Shown piece by piece: positions 1-10,489 of a DNA stretch of 57,165 nt (positions within the stretch are counted from its first letter, which is position 1; each line of letters starts with the position of its first letter). A model generated the notes under the pieces. That model was not told where the DNA came from and did no database searches. It saw only the letters and a list, made by a program, of their open reading frames with translations. Position numbers and translations under genes: made by a program. The stretch comes from a virus (Duplodnaviria > Caudoviricetes), in IMG/VR virus record IMGVR_UViG_3300025115_000012, positions 1-57,165 of that record; one strand, given 5' to 3'.

Positions 1-348
1 GTCGCAAAAGAACACTCAATGGCGGCAATCAATCGCATGGTCGCATCATGGGAACGAGATATTGGTATTCACCGGTTCGGGAGTAGTCACTTCTTTATTT
101 CCTGCAAGAAACACAAATAGAGCATTAACTTTGGAAGATACTCATTTTGTTGCATGGGGATTTAGAAATCCAATATTAGATAATTTGGTTCCGGAAGGTA
201 TTCCCAATTTTGGTTCTTATAATGATCCGGCAAAGGGACTTTTGATTCAAAATTATTATTCATATATTGATCTTCCTGATCAATATGCAATGTTATTGAT
301 AAAGATGACGCAGAAGAACATTTTAGAGCAATTAAGAGAGCAGGTACC
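1..348 (+). repeat. Terminal direct repeat (assembly circularisation overlap), left copy
   Basis: Matches 56818..57165 except at positions 34, 55, 172, 266 and 286. Confidence 0.97.
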
Positions 349-484
349 TCAAGCGTTAGAAGCAGAAATCAATCAAGGTTTAGCACAGATAACACAAAAC
401 ATTGTAACTGATTTGCAGTTTGAGGCAAGCGAAAGAGAGAAGAAGCGTTATGGGGCACAGCAAAGACCTCCAGGAGCGATGTAA
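1..484 (+). CDS. 3' part of a 300-aa putative ring/adaptor protein that starts at 56399 and crosses the junction
   Basis: The frame of ORF 62..484 is open back through the repeat to ATG 56399; function inferred from position after the capsid genes. Confidence 0.75.
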   Translation, partial: SQKNTQWRQSIAWSHHGNEILVFTGSGVVTSLFPARNTNRALTLEDTHFVAWGFRNPILDNLVPEGIPNFGSYNDPAKGLLIQNYYSYIDLPDQYAMLLIKMTQKNILEQLREQVPQALEAEINQGLAQITQNIVTDLQFEASEREKKRYGAQQRPPGAM

Positions 485-726
485 TGGGTCATTGCAAGTT
501 CTATACTGATAATAAGGTATGCGTCAATTTGGACGCAATGAAAAAGTTCAATCCTGATTGGGTACCACCTTCGGTAAAAAGAGATGGATTGAGAGTATTA
601 GGAATGTGCAAGAATTGTGAATTTCAAGAGAAAGCAACAAATGGAAAAAGTCAAAATAGAAATCCAGAGATTAGCGAACTTATATCTTGGTCAGAAGGAG
701 AAGAAAGGCAATTCCGGCTTTTTTGA
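484..726 (+). CDS. Small Cys-containing hypothetical protein
   Basis: TAATG coupling to the upstream gene; C-x8-C and CKNC; its 3' end overlaps the endolysin. Confidence 0.55.
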   Translation: MGHCKFYTDNKVCVNLDAMKKFNPDWVPPSVKRDGLRVLGMCKNCEFQEKATNGKSQNRNPEISELISWSEGEERQFRLF

Positions 727-1168
727 TCCAATATTTGAAGAAGAAATGAAAGCTATTGGTTGGCTAAAAGGTTATCCATGGTGTATGAGTTTTGTACGAT
801 TGGTATATTTAAAAGCTATTCGCAAGGTTTGTCCTGAAAACGTCGGACTAGAAGGTTTTGTTCGGTTAGCATTGAAACATTCAGTTTTAGGCACGTATAA
901 TGAATTAAAAAAAGTTAATCCTTATTTTGCAATAACACACGAAACAATCCCTGGAGGGATAGTATTATGGAAAACTTCAGTAACGAATGGCCACGCAGGA
1001 TTAGCATTGCCGAATGCATCCCTAAAAACAATTAAGTCAATAGATGGAAACACTAATAAAGCAGGCTCCAGGGAAGGCGAGATAGTAGCCGAAAAGACAA
1101 GATCAATAACAGGTAACGGCAAATGGCAATACTTAGGATGTGCTAGCTTGCGAGGCGATAATGCCTAA
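641..1168 (+). CDS. CHAP-domain endolysin/peptidase
   Basis: PWCMSFV (catalytic Cys), GHAGL (catalytic His) and IDGNTN..GSREG motifs; ATG 641 preferred over GTG 617. Confidence 0.85.
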   Translation: MEKVKIEIQRLANLYLGQKEKKGNSGFFDPIFEEEMKAIGWLKGYPWCMSFVRLVYLKAIRKVCPENVGLEGFVRLALKHSVLGTYNELKKVNPYFAITHETIPGGIVLWKTSVTNGHAGLALPNASLKTIKSIDGNTNKAGSREGEIVAEKTRSITGNGKWQYLGCASLRGDNA

Positions 1169-2267
1169 GACTAGTTATGAAATATTATCTACTGTCCAGA
1201 ACTCTATAAACGACGTAGCAGGCGAGAGGATACAGCAAGGTGAATATATTGATTATTTCAATGAGATAGTTAATGACGTATCTAAGGAGACGGAAATATA
1301 CTTAGCAAGGTATATTACAACTCCAAATATTGGCGTACCTATTTGGATAAATAATCGTTCATTTGAAAGGAACACGTTTGTCGAGCATGAAGGTAATTAT
1401 TACATGTCAGAGGACAGTACAGTGATAAACAAGGATCCGAGCGATCTGGCGAACCATCTTTATTGGACACAGATATTTGAATGGGATAATACTACTAGCT
1501 ATTTTACTGCAAGCAGGGTATATATAAACAACCCTCCACAGTTTTTTCAATCAAAGCAAAATAACAATATAAACCAGCCACCTGGAACTTTTGACAATCC
1601 TGCATGGCAACCTTTGGTCATTGGACAACCTTATCAGGTAACAATACCTTATATTGATCCTTCTAATAATCAGGTATTAAGTCCATATCGAATATTAAGA
1701 GTAGCAAGAACAGACACTCCACGCATTCAGACAATAGGTCAAGATACGGAAGTCAAGTGGCGAGAAACACGAGAATACTCGGTACAGGCGGTCAGTGCAA
1801 CCGGAGTGGGAAACACAGCTTTTAACGTCAATACAGTAGATATCAGCAGGCATGGATTTGCTCCAACGTTTATTGACAAGGACACCGGAACGGTAACAGA
1901 TGCAAGAACATTAACCTTTGCAAGACCATTCGAAATTGGCGAACAGGTAGTAATAGATTTTATCCAAACTCAACCTTTCAGTATGGAGAAATGGTACAAT
2001 TACACACCATCAGGTAATTTACTATGGGTAGATAATTATCCGCCGGTAGAGATACCCGACTTCTTGTTAAGACCTTATCGTTGGGGATTACAATGGCTAG
2101 TATGTGAGAATTTATATACTAAGGGTGACGATGGATTCGCAGAGAAAGCAAATAGAGCAAAAATGTATTATGATATGTTTTTAAGGGAAGCAATGGGCTA
2201 TGCTCACATGCTGTTAGATAAGAATTCAAGTTTACAATCACAACCAATTATTTGGCTACCAGAATAA
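1161..2267 (+). CDS. Tail ring/adaptor (tubular protein A-like) with carbohydrate-binding-like insert
   Basis: Helical N- and C-termini typical of adaptor proteins (YIDYFNE...A..AK.YY..L); internal W..Y...W repeats; GAGG SD before ATG 1161. Confidence 0.6.
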   Translation: MPKTSYEILSTVQNSINDVAGERIQQGEYIDYFNEIVNDVSKETEIYLARYITTPNIGVPIWINNRSFERNTFVEHEGNYYMSEDSTVINKDPSDLANHLYWTQIFEWDNTTSYFTASRVYINNPPQFFQSKQNNNINQPPGTFDNPAWQPLVIGQPYQVTIPYIDPSNNQVLSPYRILRVARTDTPRIQTIGQDTEVKWRETREYSVQAVSATGVGNTAFNVNTVDISRHGFAPTFIDKDTGTVTDARTLTFARPFEIGEQVVIDFIQTQPFSMEKWYNYTPSGNLLWVDNYPPVEIPDFLLRPYRWGLQWLVCENLYTKGDDGFAEKANRAKMYYDMFLREAMGYAHMLLDKNSSLQSQPIIWLPE

Positions 2268-2278
2268 AGGAGAAAACA

Positions 2279-2887
2279 ATGAGTGACAAAAAGACAAAAA
2301 ATGCAATGGAAAGGGATAGCCTTCGTGCAGAATACCGGAAGGGCAATCTGAAGCAGGACGATAATTACAAATACGAAACACCTAAAGAAAAGGCTGAACG
2401 GAAGCAGTGGGTTACACGACAAGAAGCTCGTAGGGATAGTCTTAAAGCGAAAGGGAAAAAATGGACACCAGACAAGAACGATAGCCCGAAACATGAAACA
2501 TGGGCACGGAGGGAACAACTTGAAAGGTTTGAGAAGGAAGTCCAAGATGAGAAAAAAACAAGGGTTAAGAACGCTGCGGCAGATGCGAAATCATCGGGCA
2601 AGAAAAGCCCACCCAAAGGTGGTGCCAGCAAATCAGGAAAGCGAAAGTTATTGCCTTATGATGTACATGCTGCACAAAAAAAGAAAAGAGGAAGTAACCC
2701 TAATAATTTTAGTCCAGGTGAAAGGTACATTACAAAAAATCCTCACGTGAAATATGCTGTTGAAACTGTCAAAGACCTTGTTACCGGTGCTTTTAAAAGT
2801 CAAGCCGGCCGAGAGGCAGATGATTACAGAAGAGAAGAAAGATACAAAAAAAGGAAAAAAGATTACGATGAATATTGGGGCAAATAA
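2279..2887 (+). CDS. Highly basic Lys/Arg-rich protein
   Basis: AAGGAG SD before ATG 2279; strongly charged low-complexity sequence. Confidence 0.7.
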   Translation: MSDKKTKNAMERDSLRAEYRKGNLKQDDNYKYETPKEKAERKQWVTRQEARRDSLKAKGKKWTPDKNDSPKHETWARREQLERFEKEVQDEKKTRVKNAAADAKSSGKKSPPKGGASKSGKRKLLPYDVHAAQKKKRGSNPNNFSPGERYITKNPHVKYAVETVKDLVTGAFKSQAGREADDYRREERYKKRKKDYDEYWGK

Positions 2888-2889
2888 CA

Positions 2890-3045
2890 ATGGCAAAATT
2901 ATTACCATACCAAGTCAAAGGAAAAGCCAAGTCGGTACAAAAACCCGAAGTGGGACAGCACATGGATAAAGCAAAAAAGAAAAAACCTCTTTTTGTAAAG
3001 AAAGAGAAACGGAAGAATTATGAAGGCGGTATCGTCGAAAGATAG
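2890..3045 (+). CDS. 51-aa basic protein (MAKLLPYQVK...IVER), not in ORF track
   Basis: Fills the gap exactly: ATG 2 nt after the upstream stop; TAG overlaps the GTG of the next gene. Confidence 0.65.
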   Translation: MAKLLPYQVKGKAKSVQKPEVGQHMDKAKKKKPLFVKKEKRKNYEGGIVER

Positions 3046-6000
3046 TGCAAAAGGGCGAAACCTTACATATTGCTTTTAACCGTGGGATTAATGAAAATAT
3101 TAAGCAAGATTTTAATGTTGAGACAGGCAGTCCTCCGAACAGTTTTTTATGGCTGGAGAATTACAATCCAAACATTGAACATGAAAGCTTGATAAAACGG
3201 TTTGGAATAACTCCGATAAATGATGAATTGGTTTCCTTATTGGATTATACCAGACGTGTTCCTTTTACTCTTCCTTCTGAAAATATACCATTTTCGGAAA
3301 GGTATGCAAGCGATATTGTCATGCACAGTAATGTTATTTTGATTGCTAATCCTAAGCCTGTTACAGCTCATTATATGTTTCTTCACAGGACAAATGGTGC
3401 CGTCGATCCATTGCCTTTCAATCATCCGTTAAAAGGAACATTTCCTATAATTGACAGTACAGGCATAACAGCAAGGGTATTAGAATACAAAGATGATGGC
3501 AGTTACGATATTGCATGGCACGAAACCTTTGCAGATGCTATTACAGAAGGTTTGAAAGAAGTAGATTTAGGCTGGTACACATTAGGCACATTCCAGGACG
3601 CAGCGAAGTTTGGTGAAAGCTTAGTATTTGTAACAAAACTAAACGGATTTCCGAATATACCCGAAAACATGGGAGCTGATGAGTTCAACATCAAGGGCAG
3701 ATATCGCAATCTTGACGGTGAACCTTATTTATTCACACAGCTGTTATACCCTGTTTACATGTGGAAACGCTGGGACAGGAGCAAGTACAGGGACAAATCG
3801 GGCAAGTTTTATTGGAATGGTGTAAGTTTCGATGGCAAGCAAGGATCGGCTCCTGATTTTAAGTTATCGGGTGATTTGCATCTGAAATACCATACCAGGC
3901 ATAAAGTTCTAAAACCCTCAATGAGTTATATCAGGGAGAAAGAACTTGCAATTTGTCAAGTATGGCATGGTATGACAGGGAATGTAATAAGAGATTTGAA
4001 TTCATATTCTGACGAGGAATGCAAAAAAGCTTGTCAAGTTATTATATTCGAAAAAGAGATATTCGATAATAAATATTATTATGACAAATCATTACCACCA
4101 TTAGAGAGGGTAGGATTCCCGGTATGGGAAGCAAATGCGACCGGATACGAAGATCCTGCAAATCCAGGGACTTATTTGCCGTGGGGTGATTTTCCTTACA
4201 TGGCAGATTACAAAGCAGTAGGTTGCAATGACAACATTTTTACTATTGAGGAACTTAACAACTCGGTACTAACCGGTTGGTTCTTGAATGGCGGACTAAC
4301 ACCTCCTAGGCAGTCACCTGCACATGAATATTATTGGGATAGGTATTATAACAATTATGGTTATGCTCCTCCATATTACCCATGGCGTTATTACAAATAT
4401 TGGGGTGATATGCAAACTTGGCCTTTCAATTATGACAACAGGGTAAGACATGATACGCTCACGTTTCCCAAAACTATGAAACTCCCGAAACCGTATCCGG
4501 CTCCACCACCAGATCATGAGCAGTATGAGCAAAGATTTATTCGTTATGGATTTCGCAATCTAGCAGGAGAAACCACCAAGCATATCATCATTGGGGAAGA
4601 TACTGATTTTGTTGATTTAGATGGGAGTAATAAATCTCACCAGAGAGATGTGTTTTTTATTGCAATGACCTTTGGTTTGCCCAATTATCACAATTTGGGA
4701 ATACCAAGACCATGGATGTCCGGTGATATAATCCCAATGGTAGTCACTGCAAAGATACATGGAGTTGAAGTAGTAGTGGCAGAAGCGAATTATGTCGTAA
4801 ACAACAAGACCGATTGGCAAGGCAGTGAAAAAACAGCTTTAACCTACCCGGAACTCATGCCTGGAATGCAACAGTCAAGGGTTGATAGCAGTTTGACTAA
4901 GAAAGAACAATTAGATTATGGTTCCTATCAAATGATACAATTAGGAAGAACGATTGATTCCAAAAACTTAACAGGCAGGTTCAAAAAAGAGACAATGGCA
5001 ACTGATAATCCAAATGTTTGTAATTACATAACGGCGTTGTTCCCTAGTGATCCGCCATTACCATTTGAGTATTCGACAATAAGCCATTATTACAATGTTT
5101 ATATAACCTTGAGAGTATCGAAAGAATATATTCTAGATACCGATATTGAGGCAATAAATGTATATGTCCAAAGACCAGACACGTCTTCTAAATCGGGAAG
5201 TTATTTTAATCATATCGGATTGACAAACCCAACGATAACGCCGCCTGAAACGATATATAGAAAGCCACCTATCAAGAAAGGCACAAAAACTGATTATTCT
5301 ACTTATGGCTTAGTTAAGAGTTTCATTATCAAAGGCGAAGGACAGACGATTGAAAACTTTGACCACAAGCAGTACAATTTCTTCGAGCAAGGTCCTGTAG
5401 CTACAAATGCATGGCAAGAAACGGAAATCACAGGGCCTGTAAAGAAAGTCTTTGGCGAAAGAAAGATATGGGATTGGATTTATGCAGTACCTGTCACTCC
5501 AGGCGGGAATCCTAACCCGATTATGCAAAGTCCTTACACGCAAGGCAATGACCGTCCGGATCAGATAAATTGGGAAGACAAAAGCAAGACTTGGACACCT
5601 GACTTCATATTATGGGATTATCCTTTGAATACTCCATCTTTGCAGTTGCAGTCAGATGGCGAATATTGGCATGGGCTAGGTGCTAAATTGGTGAAGGTAT
5701 TTAAAGGTAGGACTATCATAGCAGGATGTATTGACAAGAACGGTGACGAAGAAGTAGGAATAGTTAGGCCATCAGCAGTACAGGGAGCTAATATCAGTCC
5801 TGACGTATTTAACGAAATGGATAAGCTCAAGATGGGTTCATTGCCTATAACGGCTATGGAAGAGTTCCGGGAACAGCTGGTAGTGTTCAATCGTCAAGCT
5901 AATTATCGTATGTTACTGCCTAAAATTGGTCAAATGAGTACATGGGAGTTATTAGACAGTCAGCAAGGTCAAGGTACTTTTTCGCAAAAGACTTTAGTTG

Positions 6001-7271
6001 TGACACCTTATGGTATTGTATATGGGAACGAATCAGGTATATGGTTAGGTGATGGCAGGATGCCTGTTAATTTGGCTAATAATGAACAATTAGGAGTATC
6101 CATTTTAAGTTTATGGCAAAAACTGATTACGGATAAACCTTATATATTCGCACAGCAAACCAATCCTGGTGAAGTATATATTGAAAACGGTTGGAATCCT
6201 TACTTAGAGTTTACTTATAACGAAACTACTGATGAATTAATTATCGTTACTCCTGTTGCAAGAAAAACGTCAGAAACTGATCCATGGATAGATGTTGGCA
6301 GCACTGAAATCAAATTAAATTTAGATACGGAATTAAGACTAATATACGGTTTCACTGCAAAGAATTGGCGAATAGAGAGTTACAATTTATATCAAGGTAA
6401 AGAAACAAGCAACAATGTCAGCAATCCCGATCCTGCAACTGATCCATGCCTGGTTAAGACTTATTCGAAAATACACAAATTGCATTACAGCAGAGGTGAT
6501 TATTATTCACCCAGGGTATATTACACCTTAAGCGACGTGGATCCTAATATTATCAAAGATGTCCGATACGAGATAGCAAAGAACAACAATGAATCTTTAT
6601 TTGATTTTTATCGAACTATTATACCTTTTACAAACGATCCTGACAATCGGAGGAAAATAGCAGGACAGTTCATAACCCATGAATATGGCAATGGCAGGGA
6701 TGATTACTTGCTGGACAGGGTAATGTTGGAATTCAGTGGTCGTGATGCTTTAATACTTCATGGTGGTATAGTGGCAGGAACACATGGCTGGTCAACTTAT
6801 GAATACCAATTATTCCAAGATCAATTAAGCCTTTATGAGAATATTGCAAACAATTGCGATCCAATGTTCCTCGTGGAACTAAGAGGTAAGCAATGGATAC
6901 AGCAATGGACGAAGAACAAAGACACTATCGGGTTAAACACAGGACATGAAAATCTATATAATTTCAAATTAGACTTAGTCAGAGAGAATTATTTAAGCCG
7001 GATAGGTGAGTTAAACGCTTCACCTGACTTGGCAGGGAAGGCAAGGAATATCTTTTTTACGTCATTGCAGACACCTGGGGGGATTTTGACCGATGAGGAA
7101 TATGAAGTTATGGCTAATGATATAAACACGCCTGGAAGGGAATCTGTGATACTATTATCACCGCTCAATACAAAGTTCAGAACGTCAAGATTTATGTTCC
7201 TCTCTGAAATTATAGTAAAGATAAAAAGCATAGCAATAACAATGTCACAAATGCGAAGGAGAAGTTACTAA
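3045..7271 (+). CDS. Large tail nozzle/stabilisation protein (tubular protein B-like)
   Basis: 1408 aa, beta-rich; N-terminal FNRGINE motif; propeller-like C-terminal half (LVVF..., GIVYGNESGIW); position after adaptor genes. Confidence 0.65.
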   Translation: MQKGETLHIAFNRGINENIKQDFNVETGSPPNSFLWLENYNPNIEHESLIKRFGITPINDELVSLLDYTRRVPFTLPSENIPFSERYASDIVMHSNVILIANPKPVTAHYMFLHRTNGAVDPLPFNHPLKGTFPIIDSTGITARVLEYKDDGSYDIAWHETFADAITEGLKEVDLGWYTLGTFQDAAKFGESLVFVTKLNGFPNIPENMGADEFNIKGRYRNLDGEPYLFTQLLYPVYMWKRWDRSKYRDKSGKFYWNGVSFDGKQGSAPDFKLSGDLHLKYHTRHKVLKPSMSYIREKELAICQVWHGMTGNVIRDLNSYSDEECKKACQVIIFEKEIFDNKYYYDKSLPPLERVGFPVWEANATGYEDPANPGTYLPWGDFPYMADYKAVGCNDNIFTIEELNNSVLTGWFLNGGLTPPRQSPAHEYYWDRYYNNYGYAPPYYPWRYYKYWGDMQTWPFNYDNRVRHDTLTFPKTMKLPKPYPAPPPDHEQYEQRFIRYGFRNLAGETTKHIIIGEDTDFVDLDGSNKSHQRDVFFIAMTFGLPNYHNLGIPRPWMSGDIIPMVVTAKIHGVEVVVAEANYVVNNKTDWQGSEKTALTYPELMPGMQQSRVDSSLTKKEQLDYGSYQMIQLGRTIDSKNLTGRFKKETMATDNPNVCNYITALFPSDPPLPFEYSTISHYYNVYITLRVSKEYILDTDIEAINVYVQRPDTSSKSGSYFNHIGLTNPTITPPETIYRKPPIKKGTKTDYSTYGLVKSFIIKGEGQTIENFDHKQYNFFEQGPVATNAWQETEITGPVKKVFGERKIWDWIYAVPVTPGGNPNPIMQSPYTQGNDRPDQINWEDKSKTWTPDFILWDYPLNTPSLQLQSDGEYWHGLGAKLVKVFKGRTIIAGCIDKNGDEEVGIVRPSAVQGANISPDVFNEMDKLKMGSLPITAMEEFREQLVVFNRQANYRMLLPKIGQMSTWELLDSQQGQGTFSQKTLVVTPYGIVYGNESGIWLGDGRMPVNLANNEQLGVSILSLWQKLITDKPYIFAQQTNPGEVYIENGWNPYLEFTYNETTDELIIVTPVARKTSETDPWIDVGSTEIKLNLDTELRLIYGFTAKNWRIESYNLYQGKETSNNVSNPDPATDPCLVKTYSKIHKLHYSRGDYYSPRVYYTLSDVDPNIIKDVRYEIAKNNNESLFDFYRTIIPFTNDPDNRRKIAGQFITHEYGNGRDDYLLDRVMLEFSGRDALILHGGIVAGTHGWSTYEYQLFQDQLSLYENIANNCDPMFLVELRGKQWIQQWTKNKDTIGLNTGHENLYNFKLDLVRENYLSRIGELNASPDLAGKARNIFFTSLQTPGGILTDEEYEVMANDINTPGRESVILLSPLNTKFRTSRFMFLSEIIVKIKSIAITMSQMRRRSY

Positions 7272-8188
7272 TGCCAACCGGATTTGGACAAACTGCTTTT
7301 TACCACGACGATCATGCTACCCAGCGTGAATTTGAAAGAGTATTCATGTTCTTAGGTACAACTGAACAAGTACTGAATGCTTTAGTCCCTGGCGGAGGCG
7401 GGATCAGCAGTTTAATACCTGGAATGGGTGAAAATTCTGAAATTGATATTACTTCTGATGAAATCAAAATGGGTATATGGGCATTAACAACAGAACATAA
7501 TGGTCAGATAATTACTGCCAGAGTAGTCCAAGATTTAGATTTTAGAGATACCGGCAAGAAACATCCTAAATACGAAATGGGATTAATATGGAAGCTGACT
7601 GAAGCAAGTTTAAGATCTGATTTGGCTACTATTTCGACAGCCAAGAAAACAGCAATTGAAGCATTGGTATATACAAGTCCCAAACAGTTTTTCGAATGGT
7701 TTGATTATTGTCTGCAACCTTTAATGTCAATACGAGGCGTGCCTAATGGAAACGAGGGCTATTGGAACTATGGAATAAAGTTAGTAAATGACGAAAATAT
7801 CCCAGGGGCTAATAAGTATTATGGCACAAATAATTCAGGAACTAAAGGGTACCACTCCATCCCCCCACGGCAAAGAGTTATTAAGGTACCCTTTGGTTAT
7901 AATAATAAGACACCCTCGTCTAGCACTTATATCCCAGCAGGCAATATAGTAAATAGAGTAGAAGTAGACATAGCTACTGCTTTTGACGCTGCAGCTACTT
8001 TTACAATATCTGCAAATAGTATAACAATTATGAATGAAAATTTCATTAACTTTGCAAGGGAAGGGTTGTATCTGAATCAGTGGCATTATGACATAGCAGC
8101 CCAATCGCAAGTAAGTTTGTCATTAACAACAACAGCTACGGCTGGACAAGGAACAGCATATATTTGGTTTATTGAGGCAGAATCATGA
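7271..8188 (+). CDS. Putative tail/fibre-associated structural protein
   Basis: TAATG coupling; C-terminal beta-sandwich-like segment; position in the structural module. Confidence 0.55.
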   Translation: MPTGFGQTAFYHDDHATQREFERVFMFLGTTEQVLNALVPGGGGISSLIPGMGENSEIDITSDEIKMGIWALTTEHNGQIITARVVQDLDFRDTGKKHPKYEMGLIWKLTEASLRSDLATISTAKKTAIEALVYTSPKQFFEWFDYCLQPLMSIRGVPNGNEGYWNYGIKLVNDENIPGANKYYGTNNSGTKGYHSIPPRQRVIKVPFGYNNKTPSSSTYIPAGNIVNRVEVDIATAFDAAATFTISANSITIMNENFINFAREGLYLNQWHYDIAAQSQVSLSLTTTATAGQGTAYIWFIEAES

Positions 8189-8916
8189 GTAATGAAGTAA
8201 ATGAATTGAACAGACATAATTTCGTAAGGACAATGAGTTCAGCTGACCAATATATAGTAGAAATTGGTATGGGGAATCAAAGTCCTGACCAAACGAAAAG
8301 TGATGGCTTTTCTGAAGTAACTCCAAGTATTGAAAAAGGCATAGCAATAGGACATGATAATTTAGTAGATGAAAATTATGGGATAGTCCTTGGCAATCAT
8401 CAAAAATTATTAACACCTCATGGCATAGGCGAAGGAAGTTATCTCAATCTTATCGAAAGATATGGCGAGAAACGCCGTACATTTGGAGATAATACTCCTT
8501 CAAGATCATGGTTCGAATGGTATAAATCAGTAGAGGCAGTAACCGAACCTCCAGGACCGTTATGGGTATCTCTCACCTTACATAACACAGGCAATAAATT
8601 AGTTTTAAAAGATTGGAGTGCTTTAACTTTTAATATAAAGGTTGTAGGCGGTTATCCTTATGGCACAGGGTTAGCATTAGACGTTAATGGTTATCACATA
8701 TCAGGTACAATTAAAAGACTTAACAGTGCCGGTACAACTGCAATTGTTGGGAGTATTATAGTAGATTCGTTTGAAGATATATCAACTCTTGATGCAAGAG
8801 TAGTAGCTGACACAGGAAATGGTGCGTTAGATTTACAAGTACTGACACATCCGACTTATGAAATACATTGGGCAGCAGCAGGCTGGGTAGTAGAACACAG
8901 ATTCCCTGCTCCATAA
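8185..8916 (+). CDS. Putative tail fibre protein
   Basis: ATGA coupling; C-terminus ADTGNGALDLQV...IHWAA resembles phage fibre tip domains. Confidence 0.55.
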   Translation: MSNEVNELNRHNFVRTMSSADQYIVEIGMGNQSPDQTKSDGFSEVTPSIEKGIAIGHDNLVDENYGIVLGNHQKLLTPHGIGEGSYLNLIERYGEKRRTFGDNTPSRSWFEWYKSVEAVTEPPGPLWVSLTLHNTGNKLVLKDWSALTFNIKVVGGYPYGTGLALDVNGYHISGTIKRLNSAGTTAIVGSIIVDSFEDISTLDARVVADTGNGALDLQVLTHPTYEIHWAAAGWVVEHRFPAP

Positions 8917-8941
8917 ATATAAATTTTAGAAAGGGTTAATA

Positions 8942-9661
8942 ATGATAGCAAACAATTTAGCATTTACTAAATACGAACTCCCAGGAGGATTGTGTGCAGA
9001 ACCATTGCAAGTTGCTTCTAACTTGAACAATATAGTTGCTATTTTCTATATAGGTTATGACAAACATTCCAAATATGATAATTCCAAACATATATGGAGA
9101 GTATCAATGGCAGCGATGGCTGCTAATGAATTTGCTCCAGGAATGAAAGCTGTGATTGCAGGTTCGAATGACGCTTTTACCGGGCAATGGACTATAAAAG
9201 AAGTGAGGATGGCTGTTATGGCTCTGCCTGCTTATGTGGATATTTATACTCCATTCGGAAGAGAACACCATGTATTAAATAATGGAGGTGTTGGTACCGT
9301 AACGGCAGGTGGCACGGTGGAACAGTCAATAGTTGTTCCGGGATTCAATTTCATTAATAATAATGGGACAGCTATAGTCCGAACATATGCAACAAGTGAA
9401 AGTTTTGTCTACATGCCTCAACCTGAAGTAATGAACAGTTTTGTCCAAGTCACTAACGGAGGAACAGCCCAGGTAGCAATTGCAATTACATGGAGTTTGG
9501 ATAGGGTTAATTGGATAGCTTTCCCAACGCCAATTGCCGGTAATGTAGCAGCTGGGACTACTGCCGGATTTGTCGTAGCACAGGGAAACATGAACGGAAT
9601 TTATATCCGAATACAAGCGACAGTGACAGCAGGAGCCAATTATTACATATTAGCGAGGTAA
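8942..9661 (+). CDS. Putative spike/structural protein with C-terminal jelly-roll-like domain
   Basis: WSLDRVNW...YIRIQAT pattern; fibre cluster context. Confidence 0.5.
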   Translation: MIANNLAFTKYELPGGLCAEPLQVASNLNNIVAIFYIGYDKHSKYDNSKHIWRVSMAAMAANEFAPGMKAVIAGSNDAFTGQWTIKEVRMAVMALPAYVDIYTPFGREHHVLNNGGVGTVTAGGTVEQSIVVPGFNFINNNGTAIVRTYATSESFVYMPQPEVMNSFVQVTNGGTAQVAIAITWSLDRVNWIAFPTPIAGNVAAGTTAGFVVAQGNMNGIYIRIQATVTAGANYYILAR

Positions 9662-9663
9662 TT

Positions 9664-10017
9664 ATGATACAAGGTTATCCTGAAATATTATATATCGGAG
9701 ATGATTTCTTCATGCCTGTCAAATTCCAGCGAAGGATAAATGATGATGTTTATGTAACAGATATAACAGGATACACTGTTCATTTTTTGCTTCAAACAGG
9801 ATTGGAACAAAGCGTAACTCCATCTATTGAAAACATTGTAATTGCCCATAGTGATCCGTTGCAAGGTGAAACAACAGGTCAGTTTACCAATGCCGAAACG
9901 TCATTATTGACAGAAGGCAAATATTATCTTGTAATTAAATGGATAGACACTTTAACATTAGTCCAAACTAAAGCTATATTTGAAATAAACGTAATGAATT
10001 CAGGCAAGCTTATATGA
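9664..10017 (+). CDS. Ig-like (BppU N-terminal-like) structural protein
   Basis: GDDF...DITGYTV.F...G......T..L..G.YY pattern; GAGG SD. Confidence 0.55.
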   Translation: MIQGYPEILYIGDDFFMPVKFQRRINDDVYVTDITGYTVHFLLQTGLEQSVTPSIENIVIAHSDPLQGETTGQFTNAETSLLTEGKYYLVIKWIDTLTLVQTKAIFEINVMNSGKLI

Positions 10018-10481
10018 TATCAATCGTAGAAAATAAAGCCGCAGTAACGCTAACTACTTATAATGGAATAGTTTTGCCAGGTGTTTACCAGCAAAAGCGT
10101 ATGGAGATAACTGTATCACCGGCTAATAATATAGTTCAAAGTTCCGGATTGAATCTGTTAAATGTTAATGCTGTTTCAACAGCAGCGAAGTGGGGGAATA
10201 TAATAGGAGTATTAACATCGCAGGCGGACTTGGTTGCAGCGTTATTAGGGAAAGCGAATGCATTACATGCCCATACTGAATCAGATATTGCGGATTTGGA
10301 TAAGTACACGAAAGCCGAAGTTGACGAGAAACTGAGATTCTCTTTCGGCACGAAACAGACAGGCGTGGATGGCGGCACGGTAGGCGATGTTAGTGTGGAT
10401 GATGATTATTTGTATGTATGTGTAGTAACAGGCGGCGCAGGTGTTGCTGTGTGGAAGAAATCAGTTTTATTTAAAACATAG
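10014..10481 (+). CDS. Putative fibre protein
   Basis: WG.I.G.L..Q.DL, H.H...I repeat, C-terminal G.V..D.DYLYVCV...W module. Confidence 0.6.
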   Translation: MISIVENKAAVTLTTYNGIVLPGVYQQKRMEITVSPANNIVQSSGLNLLNVNAVSTAAKWGNIIGVLTSQADLVAALLGKANALHAHTESDIADLDKYTKAEVDEKLRFSFGTKQTGVDGGTVGDVSVDDDYLYVCVVTGGAGVAVWKKSVLFKT

Positions 10482-10489
10482 AGGTTTTT

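Noticed and set aside
1-348. 348-bp repeat as the physical terminal repeat of the virion DNA
   Set aside because: It falls mid-gene in the structural operon and the copies differ like strain variants, which fits an assembly overlap.
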